Positions 60,697 through 64,000 of a stretch of 64,000 nucleotides of DNA are shown piece by piece. Each line of letters opens with the position of its first letter. The first letter of the stretch is position 1. This DNA is from an uncultured Nitrospiraceae bacterium. GTDB lineage: Bacteria > Nitrospirota > Nitrospiria > Nitrospirales > Nitrospiraceae. Position numbers and translations under genes: made by a program. The stretch is taken from contig CAVSTP010000002.1 in the NCBI GenBank assembly GCA_963730935.1, forward strand, positions 1,016,442-1,080,441, read 5' to 3'. Under the pieces are notes generated by a model, which was given only the letters and a program-made list of their open reading frames with translations, was not told where the DNA came from and did no database searches.

Positions 60697-60801
60697 CGGC
60701 TTCCGCGTGTTCCCTTCTTTTGCTTCTCGGTGCCGGTGCCATGGTAGGCTCGCCCCTGTGCCAGGCCTGGATTCATAGAACGATATCGCTGAGTACTGAG
60801 C

Positions 60802-61580
60802 ATGGTCAAAATTCTTGTCATCGATGACGATCGCATGAACTGCGACCTGCTGCAGGCCGTCTTCACCCGTCATGGATATGAGGTCCATTCGGCGACGAGC
60901 GGCCTCGAGGGACTGAATCTCTTTCGCCAGCACGCTCCCCGCGTGACGATTCTCGATCTTCGGATGCCTGAAATGGACGGGTTGACCGTCCTGAAAGAAA
61001 TCCGTGCGATCGATCCTCATGCGCCGGTAATCATCCTGGGTGGAGGAGCGACCGAGGTCCAGGAAAACCAGGCCCGCGCGTTGCGCGTCACCGACTTTGT
61101 CCGCAAAGGGTTGTCGCTCGACGTGCTCGTCGAAGGGGTCAATCGCGTGGTCCAACAGCCGGCAGAAAGTTGGATCCGCCGGCGTCCAGGCAGGTCCGGC
61201 CGCCGATACTGGGGAAACCGTCCTCGTCGTCGACGACGAGCAGTTGGTCCGTGACTTGCTCGTGCAGTTCCTCAGTCTTCGTGGCTATCGGGCACTGGGC
61301 GTCGAAAGATGGCCCTCAGGCGCTCTCGATGGTGGAGCAGGCGCCTCCGGACTTGATCTTGCTGGACCTGATGCTCCCTGGCATGAACGGCGTGGAGGTG
61401 CTCCGGCGATTGCGAGACAAACATTTCTCCGGCGCGATCATCATTGTCACGGGCAGGTACGACGAAGAACTACTTGAAGACGCCTGGTCATTGCAGCCGC
61501 AAGAAGTCATCAGCAAGCCCATCGACCTAGAAAAATTGCTGGCCATCATCCAGCTTGTACTCGTCTGTCGCGAGTGTTAA
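60802..61580 (+). CDS. Tandem double receiver-domain protein, split by two apparent frameshifts (~61170, ~61305)
   Basis: KILVIDDD...LDLRMPEMDG; then VLVVDDE in another frame; then LLDLMLPGMNG...ISKP in a third segment. Confidence 0.8.
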
Positions 61581-61590
61581 AACCCTTCTG

Positions 61591-63793
61591 ATGGCATTGG
61601 GGAAGAGGGCCGGCCCTCGCCTGCGTGCTGTTGCTCCTCTCCTTCAGCCGTCGCTTGCATAGCCAGCCGCTGCTACCCGACTCCTCAGGCATCGGTCCTG
61701 CGTCACGATCTATTCGTCCAGATCGATCCCGATCGTCATGCGCTCATCGCGACGGATCGGTCTGACGATGCCCGGAAGGCCCAGTCGATTCGGTTCTCCC
61801 TCGCTCCGACACTTCAGCTCGACCTTAGTGTTATCCCTGTCGCAGACTCGGCTGGACGAACCCGGCCAGACATCCCGTTTGAAGTCGAACATCGATCCGG
61901 CCGACCGCGCAGCACATCACGATTCCGCCTCGTCTGCGGGGCGGAGGGTCTGGCGACTGACCGCGCACTACCATGGGACGATCAACGATCCGCCGCGAGA
62001 GCCCCGTCATTTGCGCTTTGTGACGCCCAGCGAAACCGCCGGACATATCGGTCCCGAAGGCGTCTATCTGAGCAGCGAAAGCCGTGGTATCCGGATGTCC
62101 CGGAATCACTCAGCACCTATCGCCTGCGCGTTGCGGTGCCAACCGGATGGACAGCCGTGACACAAGGAAGGCCTCGAAGTCGCGGCCCTGTCCCCCCCCG
62201 CTGTGCTGCGAAACCGAACTGATCGGTGACGGAATGGGACCGACAGAGCCGAGCGAGGCGCTGACGCTCGTCGCCAATAGATTCGTCGCCAAGACGCGTG
62301 AATGGCCGTCCAAGGACGGTCAAGCGGTTCGGCTGGCCACCTATCTATTTCCCGAAGATGCGCAGCTGGCTGAGGAATATCTCGATGCGACCGCGCGCTA
62401 TCTTGACGCCTACATCCCGCTGCTCGGTCCCTATCCGTTTGACAGTTTGCCGTCGTGGAGAATTTTTTCCCGAGCGGACTTGGCATGCCTTCATTTACCC
62501 TGCTGGGGAGCGGAGTCATCAAGCGGCATTATGTGCAGCCCTATGCCTTGGGCCACGAGATCGTGCATTCCTGGATCGGCAATGCTGTCTTCAACCGCGT
62601 AGAGCAGGGCAATTGGGTCGAAGGTTTGACGACATATCTGGCCAATTATTACTGGCACGAACGGTCCGGGGATCAAGCCCAGGCACGGGACCAACGGCGA
62701 CTGATGTTGCAGGGCTATAATCTCCACGTGCCTCCGGACCGGGATTATCCGCTTCGGCAGTTCACGCAGAAACATGATGAGCGGACAATGCCATCGGCTA
62801 TCAAAAGTCCGCCATGGTGTTTCATCTCCTCCGGCAGGAGGTGGGAGAGGAGCCGTTCTGGCGGGCGTTGAAGCAGTTCGTTCACAGTATCGTGGCCGTC
62901 GTGCAGATTGGCGCGATCTCGAGCGAGTATTTGGCGACGCGTCGGGAAAGACCTCCGCTGGTTTTTCGCGCAATGGATCGAACAAAGCGGCGCCCCTGAT
63001 GTAGATGTGAAGGACGTCTCCGCACGTCGGTCCACCGCTGGATCATTCTCATTGCGCGGTCACGTCGTGCAGACCGGTCCGGCGTTTCAATTACTGCTGC
63101 CGCTGCGTATTCGGATGACGGTCAGGCAGCAAATCTTCCGGACCGCCTCCAGGATTCTGAGAATCTCTTCACGACCCACTGCCGGTGAGGCCGCCTTCGA
63201 TTGAGCTGGATCCCGATGCGATAGTCCTTCGCCGGATCCCGCGGCAAAACCTACCCCCCGTTTTGAACCATTACGTCAGTGATCAGCATCGTTCGGTGAT
63301 CGCGGATCTCGGAGAGCCGGTCGAGCCGGGCATCCCTTCCGGGACTTCCTCACGCGGATCAAGGCACAGGAGAGTCACAAGCCAGGGGCGTAACGGACGC
63401 CATGATTCCGTTGCAGACCGCTGTTGCCGTCGGAAGGTTCGGTGCTAATATTGACCAGCCCGGACTCCCGGGAAGTTCTACAGCCGCTCGAGAACCACTG
63501 CGGCTCTCGTGTCAGCTCCGCTAAGGAGGGGTGACGATCGCGGGGACGACCTATGAGGGACCGGTGTCGCGGTACTTGCGAGTTGTCATCGACGTGATCA
63601 TCCGGGCAGCGTCGTCACCTTCCTCTATGCCGTTTCCCCGCAGGCCGCGACCGCTGTCGCCTGGTTGCTGTTTTCTCACGGATGGAACAGCTTCATCGTC
63701 TTTCAAGACGGCAAGCCCATCGCGCGCGGCGAGTGGGAGCCTTCCCAGGCACGAATGGAGGTATTGATCGATGAATCCGCGTCGGATCGCTAG
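61591..63793 (+). pseudogene. M1 aminopeptidase-family protein with many frameshifts (likely sequencing error)
   Basis: Fragments LLGPYPF, VENFFPSGLGMPSFTLLG, HEIVHSW...EGLTTY, ELDPD lie in shifting frames. Boundaries approximate. Confidence 0.75.
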
Positions 63794-64000
63794 GACCCTC
63801 TTGACAATCGCCGTGGCGGCATTTGCGTGGTGTGTCCAGCCGGGCTATGCGGCGGTCCACCGGCTTCGTCGCAGGTGGTAAGGAGCCGGAACGCCATTTC
63901 AAGAACATTCGCCAGCTAACCTTCGGCCGCCAAAATGCCGAAGCCTATTTTTCGTTCGATGGCACCAAACTGATTTTTCAGTCCACCAACAACTGGATGA
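63771..64000 (+). CDS. TolB/PD40-like beta-propeller protein, 5' part (frameshifted, truncated by window)
   Basis: Signal-like start, then ERHFKNIRQLTFGRQNAEAYFSFDGTKLIFQST in another frame. Confidence 0.7.

Noticed and set aside
61160..63793. Programmed frameshifting or phase variation
   Set aside because: Too many shifts across unrelated genes and no consistent slippery sites; assembly error is simpler.

Overview
Chromosomal window of about 60% GC. Gene content and order suggest Nitrospira (Nitrospirota); this is an inference, not a database result. From left to right: the 3' end of polA; an accessory region of uncharacterised genes (2-20 kb); the rimP-nusA-infB-rbfA-truB-rpsO-pnp operon; a stand-alone operon of two unknown secreted proteins with a structured leader; mutS/lapA/tsaE/nnr/pdxJ; alaC-hom-thrC-apgM-like-lysC-cimA; ihfA-merR-tRNA-Pro(GGG)-surE-dedA-cysS-rlmB; a type IV minor-pilin cluster; phoH-ybeY-ftsY; and a frameshift-riddled final ~3 kb that is probably assembly error. 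No CRISPR array, rRNA, integrase or transposase was seen. Best candidates for an undescribed system: (i) five paralogous PBS-lyase/alphaRep-type HEAT proteins sharing Trp/His surface residues, a Gly-Cys insertion loop and a C-terminal LGW cap, flanked by a catalytically degenerate phosphatase-fold protein and a His-rich beta-propeller; (ii) the secreted pair at 31.6-32.8 kb, which appears to share a small beta-barrel domain with the last HEAT protein. Three apparent pseudoenzymes, a nitrosocyanin-like cupredoxin and a sigma-54 orphan gene are also notable. All family assignments are by eye from motifs.
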